From positions 184,598-248,597 of the forward strand of contig CP134874.1 in the NCBI GenBank assembly GCA_037318855.1: a stretch of 64,000 nucleotides of DNA, read 5' to 3'. A program made the translations under genes and the position numbers. The notes under the pieces are model-generated. The model saw nothing but the letters and a program-made list of their open reading frames with translations, searched no databases and had not been told where the DNA came from. Positions 11,334 to 21,720 of the stretch are shown here, piece after piece (position 1 is the stretch's first letter; the number at the start of each line of letters is the position of its first letter). The stretch comes from Candidatus Sedimenticola sp. (ex Thyasira tokunagai) (GTDB lineage Bacteria > Pseudomonadota > Gammaproteobacteria > Chromatiales > Chromatiaceae).

Positions 11334-11860
11334 CTTAGTCCATTTTTACCAAAATGGTAAATATTATTTAATTACCACAATGGTAAATAACTTATCTATA
11401 TTCTTATTTAGCACAAAAATTACTTCTCACCTTATCTTACGTATGGATATAAATTCCTATCAATGAAGACGGTAATTATAATCACTACAATTCTTGATGA
11501 ATTAATATACTTGAACCATTATGCCTAACCATTATCACAGGCGCCATAAATCAAAGCTGAAAACTAAAAGCGCACATGTTGTGTCTTTCTTAAAGGAATA
11601 AAAAAAGACCCATCAGGTACTATCCGTGAGTCTTTTTCATTAAATACGCAAAAAAATCAATCTATCAGCAAACCTACCAAGATCTCATCATATAAGATTA
11701 AAGATCTCCCCTTATGTGTCAAACGACAAACTCGTAGTAAGTACTTACTTACCTAGTATCTGATAAAAAAGGCCGGATGCTATAAACACCAGCCTTTTTC
11801 ATTTAATGCGCAAAAAATCTCAATTTATGTGCAAAACGACGATTCAATAAGGATTCCATG

Positions 11861-11887
11861 AAAAAGCAGCCATTGGCTGCTTTTTTT
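11861..11887. terminator. Bidirectional intrinsic terminator
   Basis: AAAAAGCAGC-CATTG-GCTGC-TTTTTTT. Confidence 0.7.
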
Positions 11888-11989
11888 GTTAGAGCGCCAA
11901 CTATTCGGTACATATAGTAGATCTGATTCTAGGAACTGTTTCTTAAGCCACGACCAGTGATCCATTGCGGTTTTGGAAAACAGCCCAGT

Positions 11990-12019
11990 TGAACCTAGAA
12001 ACCGCAGTTTCTAGGTTGA
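11990..12019. repeat. 30-bp palindrome sharing both outer ends with the 245-bp MITE-like element
   Basis: TGAACCTAGAA-ACCGCAGT-TTCTAGGTTGA. Confidence 0.7.
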
Positions 12020-12214
12020 AGCTATGGATATATCGCACTACTAACTCTGTGGAGGTGGCTGAATAGGTGGGAAGGATTAGTAAGTGAGCGCTCACTTATC
12101 CTTTGTGCCATTGTTTTGTGATGATCGTGCTACAACCACCGAGAAGGGTTTTTCGCAAATAGGTTTGCTCCTATACCAGATAATAGGATTGAACAGCGCA
12201 CTGTAAGTGAGTAC

Positions 12215-12949
12215 CTACTTATCTTCTAGCCCATTAGCCTGTGGGAGTTGTGCAACAGTGGACTCTATCCACTCTTCCACCTGGCGATTGATTTCTGCTG
12301 CACTCAGCCCTTCAGGCTCAATCGTCGGACCGACGACGACCTGAACGGTTCCAGGATATTTTTTGATGTCTCTTCGGCGCCAGAAGATGCCGGCATTGTG
12401 GGCGATGGGTATAATCGGGAAACCGGATTTTTCCGCCAGCAGGGCACCACCTATACCGTAGCGTTTGTGCTCACCAGGTGCGACACGGGTACCTTCGGGG
12501 AAAATTACTACCAGTCGTCCCTGTTGAAGTCGCATTGTGCCGGTTTCAATCACCTGACGGACGGCTTTTCTCCCGCTCTTCCGGTCAATCATGATTGGTT
12601 GAACCAATGCCATTGCCCAACCGAAGATGGGGACCCACAATAGTTCACGCTTTGCCACCCAGGCCTGTTCAGGCGGCAGCAGGTAGCGCAGAGCCAGGGT
12701 TTCCCACGCGGACTGATGCTTCGCCAGTATGATGGCGCCACCCTGAGGAATTCTCTCCAGCCCGCTGATCTCATAATCAAGTCCACAGATAGCACCCAAG
12801 AGCTTAATATTGAGGCCACCCCAGAAATTGGCCACCCTACAACGCTGGCGGTAGGGTAGGAGTATGCCGATAATTGAGAGTGGTCCGGCAACAAAGACGA
12901 TGGTGAGAACCATAAAAAAGAAAAAAACCAGGGATCTAAGCAGTATCAT
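12215..12949 (-). CDS. plsC: 1-acyl-sn-glycerol-3-phosphate acyltransferase
   Basis: AKHQSAWET and IFPEGTR motifs; follows gmhB. Confidence 0.93.
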   Translation of the reverse strand: MILLRSLVFFFFMVLTIVFVAGPLSIIGILLPYRQRCRVANFWGGLNIKLLGAICGLDYEISGLERIPQGGAIILAKHQSAWETLALRYLLPPEQAWVAKRELLWVPIFGWAMALVQPIMIDRKSGRKAVRQVIETGTMRLQQGRLVVIFPEGTRVAPGEHKRYGIGGALLAEKSGFPIIPIAHNAGIFWRRRDIKKYPGTVQVVVGPTIEPEGLSAAEINRQVEEWIESTVAQLPQANGLEDK

Positions 12950-13505
12950 CAGTTGTATCTAACTCATTGGGTAAACGCAGCAGTGATGACACCGCTGCTC
13001 CCAGGTTATCAAACACCGGCCAGTCAGGGTTAAAACCGGGATGCAGTTCTGTGGCGGCGCCTTTACCCGTGCGTAGAAGGAGAGGTTTGGCACCTACCGC
13101 TTCGGCAGGTTCCAGGTCACGGAGACTGTCACCTATGACATAAACTTCTCTGAGATCACAGCGCAGCCGCTCACCAATCTCCAGCAACATGCCCGGCTTT
13201 GGTTTTCGGCAATCACATCCATCGGATGGACCATGAGGGCAGAAGAAAACGGCATCGATATGGCCACCGACCTGTTCCAACTCCCGGTACATTTTCTGAT
13301 GAATGGCATTAAGGGTATCGATATCAAACAGCCCCCTGGCGATACCGGACTGGTTGCTGGCAACCACGATATGGTAGCCGGCGTGGTTGAGTGCAGCGAT
13401 TGCTTCCAGGCTCCCTGCTATTGGCTGCCACTCATCCGGATGCTTGATGTACTCATCCGAATCGACATTTATGACTCCATCTCTATCAAGAATTATGAGT
13501 TTCAT
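12936..13505 (-). CDS. gmhB: D,D-heptose 1,7-bisphosphate phosphatase
   Basis: LDRDGVIN HAD motif, CPH...CDCRKPKPG. Confidence 0.95.
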   Translation of the reverse strand: MKLIILDRDGVINVDSDEYIKHPDEWQPIAGSLEAIAALNHAGYHIVVASNQSGIARGLFDIDTLNAIHQKMYRELEQVGGHIDAVFFCPHGPSDGCDCRKPKPGMLLEIGERLRCDLREVYVIGDSLRDLEPAEAVGAKPLLLRTGKGAATELHPGFNPDWPVFDNLGAAVSSLLRLPNELDTTDDTA

Positions 13506-13559
13506 TGTCGAAATTATGATATCGCCTTTATTTATGTGGACTAAAACGTAAGTGAACGC

Positions 13560-13910
13560 TTACTTATCGACGCCGCGAAACTCCGAAACCCGGATACGAC
13601 CATTCACCATCCTGGATTCACGCTGCATCAGCTTCTCCATCTTCTTCCAGAATGCCTGGTTGAGATCGAAGTCACCGGCAATGGCGGTTCCAAGCACCAG
13701 AATAAGCAAGTCGGCTACCTCTTCTGATAACTCCTCCTTATCCTTACCTTTGGTGACACAGGAGGAGATTTCACCCAGCTCCTCCGCCATCAAAGAGATA
13801 CGATAGGTCATCTCTTCGCCGCCTGTCTCTTTGAAACGGTGCTTGTCGTGAAAAGCCTGCACCGTCTCTATCATCGCCTGCCAGGAGTCGTCTCTATCAC
13901 TGCTGCTCAT
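13560..13910 (-). CDS. MazG-like nucleotide pyrophosphohydrolase
   Basis: EELGE...EEVADL motif. Confidence 0.8.
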   Translation of the reverse strand: MSSSDRDDSWQAMIETVQAFHDKHRFKETGGEEMTYRISLMAEELGEISSCVTKGKDKEELSEEVADLLILVLGTAIAGDFDLNQAFWKKMEKLMQRESRMVNGRIRVSEFRGVDK

Positions 13911-13935
13911 CGTTCAATCAATCCTATGTGGTCAA

Positions 13936-16008
13936 TTACTGGAGGCGTGATATATCGGCCACACCAAGGAAGAGCCCGCTGAGCTTATTAAGCAGGGCCA
14001 GACGGTTGGAACGTACCGCAGCATTATCTGCCATCACCATCACTTCATCGAAGAAATGGTCAACCGGCTCGCGTAGTGCGGCAAGGGCCAACAGCGTCGC
14101 CTCATAATCGTACTGCAGAAGAAGTGGTCCCACCTGTTCGCTGAGGCTGTTGATCTGAGTGAAGAGTCGCTGCTCCTCCTGCTGCTCAAACAGGCTCTCG
14201 TCGATAGTATCGGGGATCGACTCCTCTGCTTTTCTCAAGATATTGCGGATACGTTTGTTGGCCGCTGCAAGCGCTTCCGCCTCTGGGAGCTTCTCAAACG
14301 TAGCAACCGCTTCAACTCGGCGATCAAAGTCTGCAACCGACTCAGGCTTGACAGCAGCAACGGCATCATAGAATCCTACACTGATACCACGCTCCAGGTA
14401 GATTCCCTTGAGGCGCTCAAGCATGAAGTCATACACCTGATCTACCAGATCAGACGGTAGCTCTTCAACTGTCTGTGCCTCTACAGCGGCCTGCAGCAGT
14501 GAGCGTAGATTCAGGGGTAGGGCATGGTCACCCATGATGCGCAGGGCGCCCAGTGCGGCACGACGTAGCGCAAAGGGGTCTTTGTCTCCCGTCGGCTTCA
14601 TCCCGATACCGAAGATACCCACCAGTGTGTCGATTCTTTCTGCCAACGAGATGGCGATGCCTGTGGGGGTCTGAGGTAACTGGTCGCCGGAGTAACGAGG
14701 CATATAGAATTCGTTCATCGCTTCGGCAACTTCATCAGATTCACCATCACGACGGGCCTGATAGCTTCCCATGATGCCCTGCATATCAGCGAACTCAAAG
14801 ACCATCTCGGTCATCAGATCACAACGGCTGAGCTGTCCCGCCCTTTTGGCAAGCCCAACATCACCCCCGGTCTCGCCCGCAATAGTGGCGGCAAGTTTTG
14901 AAACCCGGTGAGACTTCTCATACATCGAGCCGAGCTTCTGTTGAAAGACCACCTTTTTCAGGGATTCGATATGGTCTTCCAGGCGTTTTTTGCCATCCTG
15001 GCGCCAGAAGAACATGGCGTCGCTGAGCCGTGGCCTGATGACCCGCTCATTACCCTCTTTAATCAGCTCTGGTCTGGGGCTGTCAATATTAGCGAGGGTA
15101 ATGAAGTGATTCATCAGATTTCCCTGCTTATCGAGCAGATGGAAGTATTTCTGATTCTTCTTCATAGTCAGAATCAGCGCCTCATGAGGCACTTCGAGGA
15201 AACTCTCTTCAAAGCCGGCGGCAATGGGTACCGGCCATTCCACCAGGCTGGTTACCTCGTCAAGTAGCTCCTGGTCAAAATCGACTTGGCCGCCAATGCT
15301 TTCAGCAACGCGACTAACCTGATTCTTTATCTTTGCCTGCCGTGCACTGAAGTCGGCTATGACATAACCCTTGTGCTCTAGTAGTTCGGCATACTCTTGC
15401 GGTGAGCTGATCTCGATTGCTGCGGGGTGATGGAAGCGGTGACCCCGGGTGGTGCGGCCGGCCTCTGCGTTGAGTATATTGCACTTTACCACCTGATCTC
15501 CGTGGAGAAACAGCAGCCAGTGTACCGGTCTCACAAACTGGGTCTCCAGATCACCCCAGCGCATACGTTTGGGTATTGGCAGTTTGTTGAGCGCCTCTTC
15601 GGCGATTACCGGAAGCAGTTGAGCCGCTGGTTTTCCCACCTCCTTAATCTGGTACATAAGCCACTCACCCTTATCAGTTTTAAGCCGATCTAGGCTGGCA
15701 ACTTCAGTACCACAGGAGCGGGCAAAGCCCTCGGCTGCCTTGGTGGCGTTACCCTCTTTGTCAAAAGCCGCCTGTATTGCCGGGCCACGCCGTTCCACAT
15801 CACGGTCTGGTTGGCCCAGGCTACAATTCTCAACAAGCAGCCCCAAACGGCGGGGGGCGGCGTAGGCCTTTACCGCACCGTGGCCAAGATTAGCTTTTTC
15901 CAGGCCGGCTACAAAGGAGGCGGTAAGAGCATCGGAGAGCTTTTTCAGTGCAACCGGAGGCAACTCTTCGGTGCCGAGTTCAAACAAAAGATCAGCTGAC
16001 TCAGTCAT
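13936..16008 (-). CDS. glyS: Glycyl-tRNA synthetase beta subunit
   Basis: [13 protein letters not shown]-terminus, RSNRLALL C-terminus; start taken at ATG 16008. Confidence 0.97.
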   Translation of the reverse strand: MTESADLLFELGTEELPPVALKKLSDALTASFVAGLEKANLGHGAVKAYAAPRRLGLLVENCSLGQPDRDVERRGPAIQAAFDKEGNATKAAEGFARSCGTEVASLDRLKTDKGEWLMYQIKEVGKPAAQLLPVIAEEALNKLPIPKRMRWGDLETQFVRPVHWLLFLHGDQVVKCNILNAEAGRTTRGHRFHHPAAIEISSPQEYAELLEHKGYVIADFSARQAKIKNQVSRVAESIGGQVDFDQELLDEVTSLVEWPVPIAAGFEESFLEVPHEALILTMKKNQKYFHLLDKQGNLMNHFITLANIDSPRPELIKEGNERVIRPRLSDAMFFWRQDGKKRLEDHIESLKKVVFQQKLGSMYEKSHRVSKLAATIAGETGGDVGLAKRAGQLSRCDLMTEMVFEFADMQGIMGSYQARRDGESDEVAEAMNEFYMPRYSGDQLPQTPTGIAISLAERIDTLVGIFGIGMKPTGDKDPFALRRAALGALRIMGDHALPLNLRSLLQAAVEAQTVEELPSDLVDQVYDFMLERLKGIYLERGISVGFYDAVAAVKPESVADFDRRVEAVATFEKLPEAEALAAANKRIRNILRKAEESIPDTIDESLFEQQEEQRLFTQINSLSEQVGPLLLQYDYEATLLALAALREPVDHFFDEVMVMADNAAVRSNRLALLNKLSGLFLGVADISRLQ

Positions 16009-16939
16009 GGGCCTTCTCCTTGCGGTCATTCAGCATGGGGAAGCCAAGCTTTTCACGGGCATCATAGTAGCCTTGAGCAATGGCACGAGAGAGGGTGCGT
16101 ATGCGCAGGATATAGCGTTGACGCTCGGTCACAGAGATTGCGTGGCGGGCATCGAGGATATTAAAGGTATGGGAGGCTTTCAGCATCTGCTCGTAGGCCG
16201 GTAGAGGCAGTCCCAGCTCAATCATGCGGCTGCTCTCCTTCTCGCACTGGTCGAAGAGTTGGAACATGAAATCGATATCGGCGTGTTCAAAGTTATAGGC
16301 CGACTGCTCCACCTCGTTTTGATGGAAGACATCCCCGTAGGTGATGGCTCCTTGTGGGCCGTTGGTCCAGACTAGATCGAAGACGCTCTCTACGTTCTGG
16401 ATATACATGGCCAAGCGCTCTATGCCATAGGTAATTTCGCCGGTGACCGGGCGGCAGTCGAGCCCGCCTACCTGCTGGAAGTAGGTAAACTGAGTCACCT
16501 CCATACCGTTAAGCCAAACTTCCCAGCCGAGACCCCAGGCACCGAGGGTGGGTGATTCCCAGTTATCCTCGACGAAGCGGACATCATGCATCATGGTGTC
16601 TATGCCCATCATATCGAGAGAGCCGAGATAGAGCTCTTGAATATTGAGAGGTGACGGCTTCATTGCCACCTGGAACTGGTAGTAGTGCTGGAGACGGTTA
16701 GGATTCTCGCCATAGCGTCCGTCGGTGGGGCGGCGCGAGGGTTGTACGTAGGCGGCGTTCCAAGGTTCAGGACCGATGGAGCGGAGGAAAGTGGCGGTAT
16801 GGAAAGTACCGGCACCCATCTCCATATCGTACGGCTGTAGAATCACACACCCCTGTTCCGCCCAGTAGCGTTCCAAGGCAAAGATCAGGCCCTGGAATGT
16901 AGAAACATCCGGGCTGCTGTTGCTGGTTGTCATGGTCAA
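16001..16939 (-). CDS. glyQ: Glycyl-tRNA synthetase alpha subunit
   Basis: [31 protein letters not shown]. Confidence 0.98.
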   Translation of the reverse strand: MTMTTSNSSPDVSTFQGLIFALERYWAEQGCVILQPYDMEMGAGTFHTATFLRSIGPEPWNAAYVQPSRRPTDGRYGENPNRLQHYYQFQVAMKPSPLNIQELYLGSLDMMGIDTMMHDVRFVEDNWESPTLGAWGLGWEVWLNGMEVTQFTYFQQVGGLDCRPVTGEITYGIERLAMYIQNVESVFDLVWTNGPQGAITYGDVFHQNEVEQSAYNFEHADIDFMFQLFDQCEKESSRMIELGLPLPAYEQMLKASHTFNILDARHAISVTERQRYILRIRTLSRAIAQGYYDAREKLGFPMLNDRKEKAHD

Positions 16940-17220
16940 TATCCAGACACTAAGTCATCAATAGAGAAGTTAATCGGCCGATTATATCTTTTCCTGCCTA
17001 TTCAATGAAGCTTCATGTCAACGAGCCGTTTAGCCTCGTGAAGAGCTTCCCTAAGGCGCAAAGAAATAATAAAAAATCCTTTATATCCCTTAGCGCCTTT
17101 GCGCGAAACAAAAAGTTTTTGGCGAACCAGGCTCAGTTTGAGTCAGCACCCTTTTGGCAGGGGTCTGACGAATGGCGTATAATCCGCAACCCGATAATCT
17201 TCAACGGGTTAAGTACTGAA

Positions 17221-18264
17221 ATGACCAAACAGCGCAAGGCCGTAGCCTTGATTTCCGGCGGCCTCGACTCTCTGCTGGCGGCCCGGGTGATGCAAGAGCA
17301 GGGTATTCATGTGGAAGGCATCAACTTCTTCACCGGCTTCTGTGTTGAAGGGCATACCCATGCGATCCGCAAGAAGGATCGGACAAAACCCAAGCGTAAT
17401 AATGCTCTGTGGGTTGCCGAGCAGTTGGGCATCAAGCTCCATATCGTCGATATCGTTGAAGAGTACAAGGACGTCGTCTTTAATCCCAAGCATGGCTACG
17501 GCGCCAACCTCAACCCCTGTCTCGACTGTAAGATCTTTATGGTGAAGAAGGCTCAGCAGTGGATTGAAGAGAACGGCTTTGATTTTATTATTACCGGTGA
17601 GGTGGTCGGTCAGCGCCCTATGTCCCAGCGTAAGGACACCATGCCGGTGGTGGCTCGGGACTCGGGGGCTAACGATTTGCTGCTACGCCCACTCTGCGCG
17701 AAAAATCTTCCTGAAACAAAACCGGAACGTGAAGGGTGGGTGGACCCTGATGGGCTCTATGGCTTCAATGGCCGCAGCCGCAAACCACAGATGGCGCTGG
17801 CGAAGGCGTTTGGATTTGAGGATTATGCCCAGCCTGCCGGTGGCTGCTGCTTCCTGACTGATGCCCAGTACTCGGTAAAGCTGGCCGATCTATGGCAGGC
17901 TCAGGGGCACAAGGCGTATGAGATGGATGACATCATGTTGTTGAAGGTGGGTCGTCATCTGCGTCCCCGTCCCAACTTCAAGATTATCATCTCCCGCGAG
18001 GAGGGTGAGGGCAACTTCCTCCAGGGTTACCGTAAGCAGTTCGTCAGTCTCAAGACCACCAGTCACGCCGGCCCCCTGGCGCTGATCGATGGAGAGGCGA
18101 GTGATGATGACCTGGAACTGGCCGCCCGTATTGTCGCCCGTTACAGCCAGGGTAAAAACTGTGACCAGGTAGAGTTGGAGCTGACGGACCTTGAAGGTAA
18201 CAGCCGACCTCTGACAGTGGCTCCGCTTGGGTCCCATGAGATACCGGAGGGGTGGCACATCTGA
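17221..18264 (+). CDS. PP-loop tRNA sulfurtransferase-like protein (ThiI/MnmA-like, Cys-rich)
   Basis: ALISGGLDS PP-loop, NPCLDC, GQRPMSQ, QPAGGCC; start taken at ATG 17221. Confidence 0.8.
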   Translation: MTKQRKAVALISGGLDSLLAARVMQEQGIHVEGINFFTGFCVEGHTHAIRKKDRTKPKRNNALWVAEQLGIKLHIVDIVEEYKDVVFNPKHGYGANLNPCLDCKIFMVKKAQQWIEENGFDFIITGEVVGQRPMSQRKDTMPVVARDSGANDLLLRPLCAKNLPETKPEREGWVDPDGLYGFNGRSRKPQMALAKAFGFEDYAQPAGGCCFLTDAQYSVKLADLWQAQGHKAYEMDDIMLLKVGRHLRPRPNFKIIISREEGEGNFLQGYRKQFVSLKTTSHAGPLALIDGEASDDDLELAARIVARYSQGKNCDQVELELTDLEGNSRPLTVAPLGSHEIPEGWHI

Positions 18265-18506
18265 TGCCGGATCAAGAGAAGGTGATCCTCGATGCCAGAA
18301 GGCTACTCTGCCCGATGCCGGTGATTCGTGTTCAGGACAAGGTCAAGGAGCTGTCACCGGGAACCCGGCTGGAGGCGATCTGCAGCGACCCGGGAGTTCT
18401 CAACGATATTCCTGCATGGAGCCGAATCAATGGGCACAAGCTGATTGAGACACGGGAGGAGAAGGGGGAGTATATTGTCGTTATCGAGGTGGTTGCTGAG
18501 GCGTAG
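18264..18506 (+). CDS. TusA/SirA-family sulfur carrier
   Basis: LDARRLLCPMPV motif; TGATG overlap with upstream gene. Confidence 0.88.
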   Translation: MPDQEKVILDARRLLCPMPVIRVQDKVKELSPGTRLEAICSDPGVLNDIPAWSRINGHKLIETREEKGEYIVVIEVVAEA

Positions 18507-18508
18507 AG

Positions 18509-19660
18509 ATGAGCGAAAAAGGTGACGAGAGAGGGGAGCGCAAACGGATCACCCAGCAGGTGACCCTGGTAGGCGCACTGGTCAATGCGCTGCTGGCGGT
18601 GGTGAAGATAGTGGTGGGCCTGGTCGCCCAGTCGCAGTCCCTAGTGGCGGATGGTATTCACTCGGTCTCTGATCTTCTGTCGGATGTGCTGGTCTATGTT
18701 GCCGCTCACCATGCCGGCCAGGCCCCCGACCTCGACCATCCCTACGGTCACGGCCGCTTCGAGACGGCGGCAACCCTTGGTCTCGGTATTTTACTGGTGC
18801 TGATCGCAGCGGGAATCAGCTGGGATGCAATTGAACGGCTCTTTACTCCCGATCAACTGCTTCACCCCGGTCCCATGGCGCTTTACGCCGCCGCCTTCTC
18901 AATAGTGGCTAACGAAGCGCTCTACCACTACACCATTCACGCCGCCCGTAAGATCAAATCGAGTATGCTGCAGGCTAACGCCTGGCACCACCGCTCTGAT
19001 GCGGTCTCTTCGATTGTGGTATTGGTGGGTGTTGCCGGTACTATGGCGGGCCTTCCCTATCTTGACGCTATCGCTGCTGTTGCTGTGGGTCTGATGGTGG
19101 CCAAGATAGGCTGGGATCTTGGCTGGCCCGCCTTTCAGGAGCTGATGGATGAGGGGCTGGATGAAGCGCGGCTTAAGCATATCCGCGAGACCATTCTATC
19201 AGTCGGCGGTGTCGACTCCATCCACATGCTACGTACTCGTAAGATGGGTGGAGAGGCATCAGCGGATGTTCATGTGCTGGTAGCACCCTGGATCAGTGTT
19301 TCCGAGGGGCACATGATCAGCCAGCTTGTCACTGATCAGCTGCTGATGAAAGTAGAAGAACTCACCGATGTCACTGTTCACATCGATCCGGAGGATGATG
19401 AGACCGCCATCCCCTGCCAAGGTCTGCCACTACGGCCGGAAGCTGAAATGATGCTGGGGCGGCAGTGGCGGGAGGTCCCCGGGGCGTCTGCAAGGGAGCG
19501 GCTGGTGCTACACTATCTGGCCGGGAAAATTGATGTGGATATCTACTTTCCCCTGGAAGTACTTCCGGAGGGCGAGAAACTTGGTCAATTTCACTCGGCG
19601 TTACGCCAGGCGGTTGAAACCCTACCTGAATTTGGTCGGGTGGAGGTTTACTACGGATAA
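18509..19660 (+). CDS. Cation diffusion facilitator family transporter
   Basis: ADGIHSVSD, HPYGHGRFE, HHRSD motifs, C-terminal extension. Confidence 0.9.
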   Translation: MSEKGDERGERKRITQQVTLVGALVNALLAVVKIVVGLVAQSQSLVADGIHSVSDLLSDVLVYVAAHHAGQAPDLDHPYGHGRFETAATLGLGILLVLIAAGISWDAIERLFTPDQLLHPGPMALYAAAFSIVANEALYHYTIHAARKIKSSMLQANAWHHRSDAVSSIVVLVGVAGTMAGLPYLDAIAAVAVGLMVAKIGWDLGWPAFQELMDEGLDEARLKHIRETILSVGGVDSIHMLRTRKMGGEASADVHVLVAPWISVSEGHMISQLVTDQLLMKVEELTDVTVHIDPEDDETAIPCQGLPLRPEAEMMLGRQWREVPGASARERLVLHYLAGKIDVDIYFPLEVLPEGEKLGQFHSALRQAVETLPEFGRVEVYYG

Positions 19661-19706
19661 GCACCAATATGGTGCCTATAGCTCTATTTTGCACTAATTT
19701 GGTGCG
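19660..19706. promoter_or_regulatory. Tandem NtrC enhancer sites upstream of glnA
   Basis: AGCACCAATATGGTGCC (19660-19676) and TGCACTAATTTGGTGCG (19690-19706) match the TGCAC-N7-GTGCA consensus. Confidence 0.88.
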
Positions 19707-19874
19707 CCTGTTTTTGGTGACCTATAGCTGCGTTACAGCGCTCCACTCCAACGCTTTGCACCTGCACCGTTAGTGATAGGCTATGCCATTGTTTAAAAAG
19801 CGTTATTAAACAGATTAGGCAGAATAGCCTGTTGCAGTTTAAAATCATGCGATTGTTTTTAAGGTTTCTTGCTG

Positions 19875-19891
19875 TTGGCATATATTGTGCT
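19875..19891 (+). promoter_or_regulatory. Sigma54 (-24/-12) promoter of glnA
   Basis: TTGGCATATATTGTGCT with GG-N10-GC spacing, ~170 bp downstream of the NtrC sites. Confidence 0.85.
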
Positions 19892-19965
19892 GTAAGCAAT
19901 GGACAGAAATTTTAACGCCAAAAGGCCACTGGCCGGCGGCTCAACTAATACAGCTGGAGAACATC

Positions 19966-21372
19966 ATGGCTTCAAAAGTCCTGGAGATGATTAAAGAGAG
20001 AGAGGTTAAGTTTGTCGATCTGCGCTTTACCGACACCCACGGTAAAGAACAGCACGTCAGCATGCCCGCTAACATGATCAGCGAGGATGACTTCACTGAC
20101 GGCAAGATGTTCGACGGCTCCTCCATCTCAGGATGGAAGGGAATCAACGAGTCTGACATGGTGCTGATGCCGGATGCCTCCACTGCGGTACTCGATCCGT
20201 TTACCGACGAGACCACCATCAACATCACCTGTGACATCCTCGAGCCCTCCACCATGGAAGGCTATGAGCGTGATCCTCGCTCCGTTGCCAAGCGTGCTGA
20301 GGCCTACCTGCAGTCCACCGGTATCGGTGATACCGCTTTCTTCGGCCCCGAGCCCGAGTTCTTTATCCTCGACGACGTCCGCTGGGGCGCCGACATGAGC
20401 GGTGCCTTCTACAAGGTTGACTCCGAAGAGGCCGAGTGGAACTCCGAGCGTGTCTACGAGGATGGTAACATCGGTCACCGTCCCGGTCTGAAGGGCGGCT
20501 ACTTCCCCGTTCCTCCGGTTGACTCTCTCAACGATATCCGTGCCGCTATGTGTCTGGCGATGGAAGAGATGGGTGTTACCGTTGAGGTGCATCACCATGA
20601 GGTGGCTACCGCTGGCCAGTGTGAGATCGGTACCCAGTTCGATACCCTGGTGCGTCGCGCTGATCAGAACCAGGTGATGAAGTACGCGATTCAGAACGTG
20701 GCACACGCCTACGGCAAGACCGCCACCTTTATGCCCAAGCCGCTGGTAGGTGACAATGGTTCCGGTATGCACGTACATATGTCTCTCGCCAAGAATGGCG
20801 ATAACCTGTTTGCCGGTAATGAGTACGGCGGTCTATCCGAGACTGCCCTTTACTACATCGGCGGTATCATCAAGCACGCCCGTGCTCTGAATGCCTTCAC
20901 CAACTCTTCTACCAACTCCTACAAGCGCTTGGTACCCGGCTTCGAGGCACCGGTTATGCTGGCCTACTCTGCCCGTAACCGCTCCGCTTCTATCCGTATT
21001 CCGTTCGTCTCCAGCCCCAAGGGTCGTCGCGTAGAGGTGCGTTTCCCGGACCCCACCGCCAATCCTTACCTCTGCTTCTCAGCACTGCTGATGGCGGGCC
21101 TGGACGGTATCCAGAACAAGATCCACCCGGGCGAGGCGATGGACAAAGATCTCTACGATCTGCCTGCCGAAGAGGCTCAGGCTATTCCTACCGTCTGCCA
21201 CAGCCTGGATCAGGCCCTGGAAGCCGTGGATGCCGATCGTGACTTCCTCACCGCCGGTGGCGTCTTCACCGACGACCTGATTGATGCCTTCATCGATCTG
21301 AAGATGGAAGAGGTAACCCGTCTGCGCATGACCACCCATCCGGTGGAGTTCGACATGTACTTCAGCCTCTAA
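19966..21372 (+). CDS. glnA: Glutamine synthetase type I
   Basis: [29 protein letters not shown]; start taken at ATG 19966. Confidence 0.98.
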   Translation: MASKVLEMIKEREVKFVDLRFTDTHGKEQHVSMPANMISEDDFTDGKMFDGSSISGWKGINESDMVLMPDASTAVLDPFTDETTINITCDILEPSTMEGYERDPRSVAKRAEAYLQSTGIGDTAFFGPEPEFFILDDVRWGADMSGAFYKVDSEEAEWNSERVYEDGNIGHRPGLKGGYFPVPPVDSLNDIRAAMCLAMEEMGVTVEVHHHEVATAGQCEIGTQFDTLVRRADQNQVMKYAIQNVAHAYGKTATFMPKPLVGDNGSGMHVHMSLAKNGDNLFAGNEYGGLSETALYYIGGIIKHARALNAFTNSSTNSYKRLVPGFEAPVMLAYSARNRSASIRIPFVSSPKGRRVEVRFPDPTANPYLCFSALLMAGLDGIQNKIHPGEAMDKDLYDLPAEEAQAIPTVCHSLDQALEAVDADRDFLTAGGVFTDDLIDAFIDLKMEEVTRLRMTTHPVEFDMYFSL

Positions 21373-21395
21373 GTCTGAGCGCTGCAGTAGTCAGG

Positions 21396-21423
21396 AAAAC
21401 GCCCCTTAAGGGGCGTTTTTTTT
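21396..21423 (+). terminator. Intrinsic terminator after glnA
   Basis: AAAACGCCCC-TTAA-GGGGCGTTTTTTTT. Confidence 0.85.
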
Positions 21424-21450
21424 GGCCGGAATTTATTACCGGAAATGCAC

Positions 21451-21641
21451 GCAAATTAACGCAAATGCAGCTCTGTGGCCCACTGGGGGTGCAGTGACTT
21501 CTTTTCAGGACACGCTGTAAATACCTCCCTGTACGCTCACAGCAGCATCCCTGCTGCTGTATGTCCTGAAAAGAAGTCACTACACCCCTCGGGAAGTTAC
21601 GTACCTGCACTTGCCGGCGTTTCAATTTGCGTTTATTTGCG
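21451..21641. repeat. Nested fold-back (long imperfect inverted repeat) element
   Basis: Outer GCAAATTAACGCAAAT / ATTTGCGTTTATTTGC; inner GGGGTGCAGTGACTTCTTTTCAGGACA / TGTCCTGAAAAGAAGTCACTACACCCC; central CAGCAGCATCCCTGCTGCTG hairpin. Confidence 0.8.
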
Positions 21642-21720
21642 GCTAAATTGCACTCATTGGCGGAGTGACTGAGGCGTGGTTTTGTGAAGCCTCCTCTTAT
21701 ATTGAGCGGCTCCCTGAGCT

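Noticed and set aside
11340-12214. tRNA or tmRNA integration site at the left island boundary
   Set aside because: No cloverleaf, T-loop GTTCRA or CCA end could be identified by eye.
17005-17220. Extended 5' ends in the ORF track (also 19885, 22644, 27750, 33121, 49342, 51324)
   Set aside because: Family homology begins at downstream starts, and the extensions overlap promoters or neighbouring genes.
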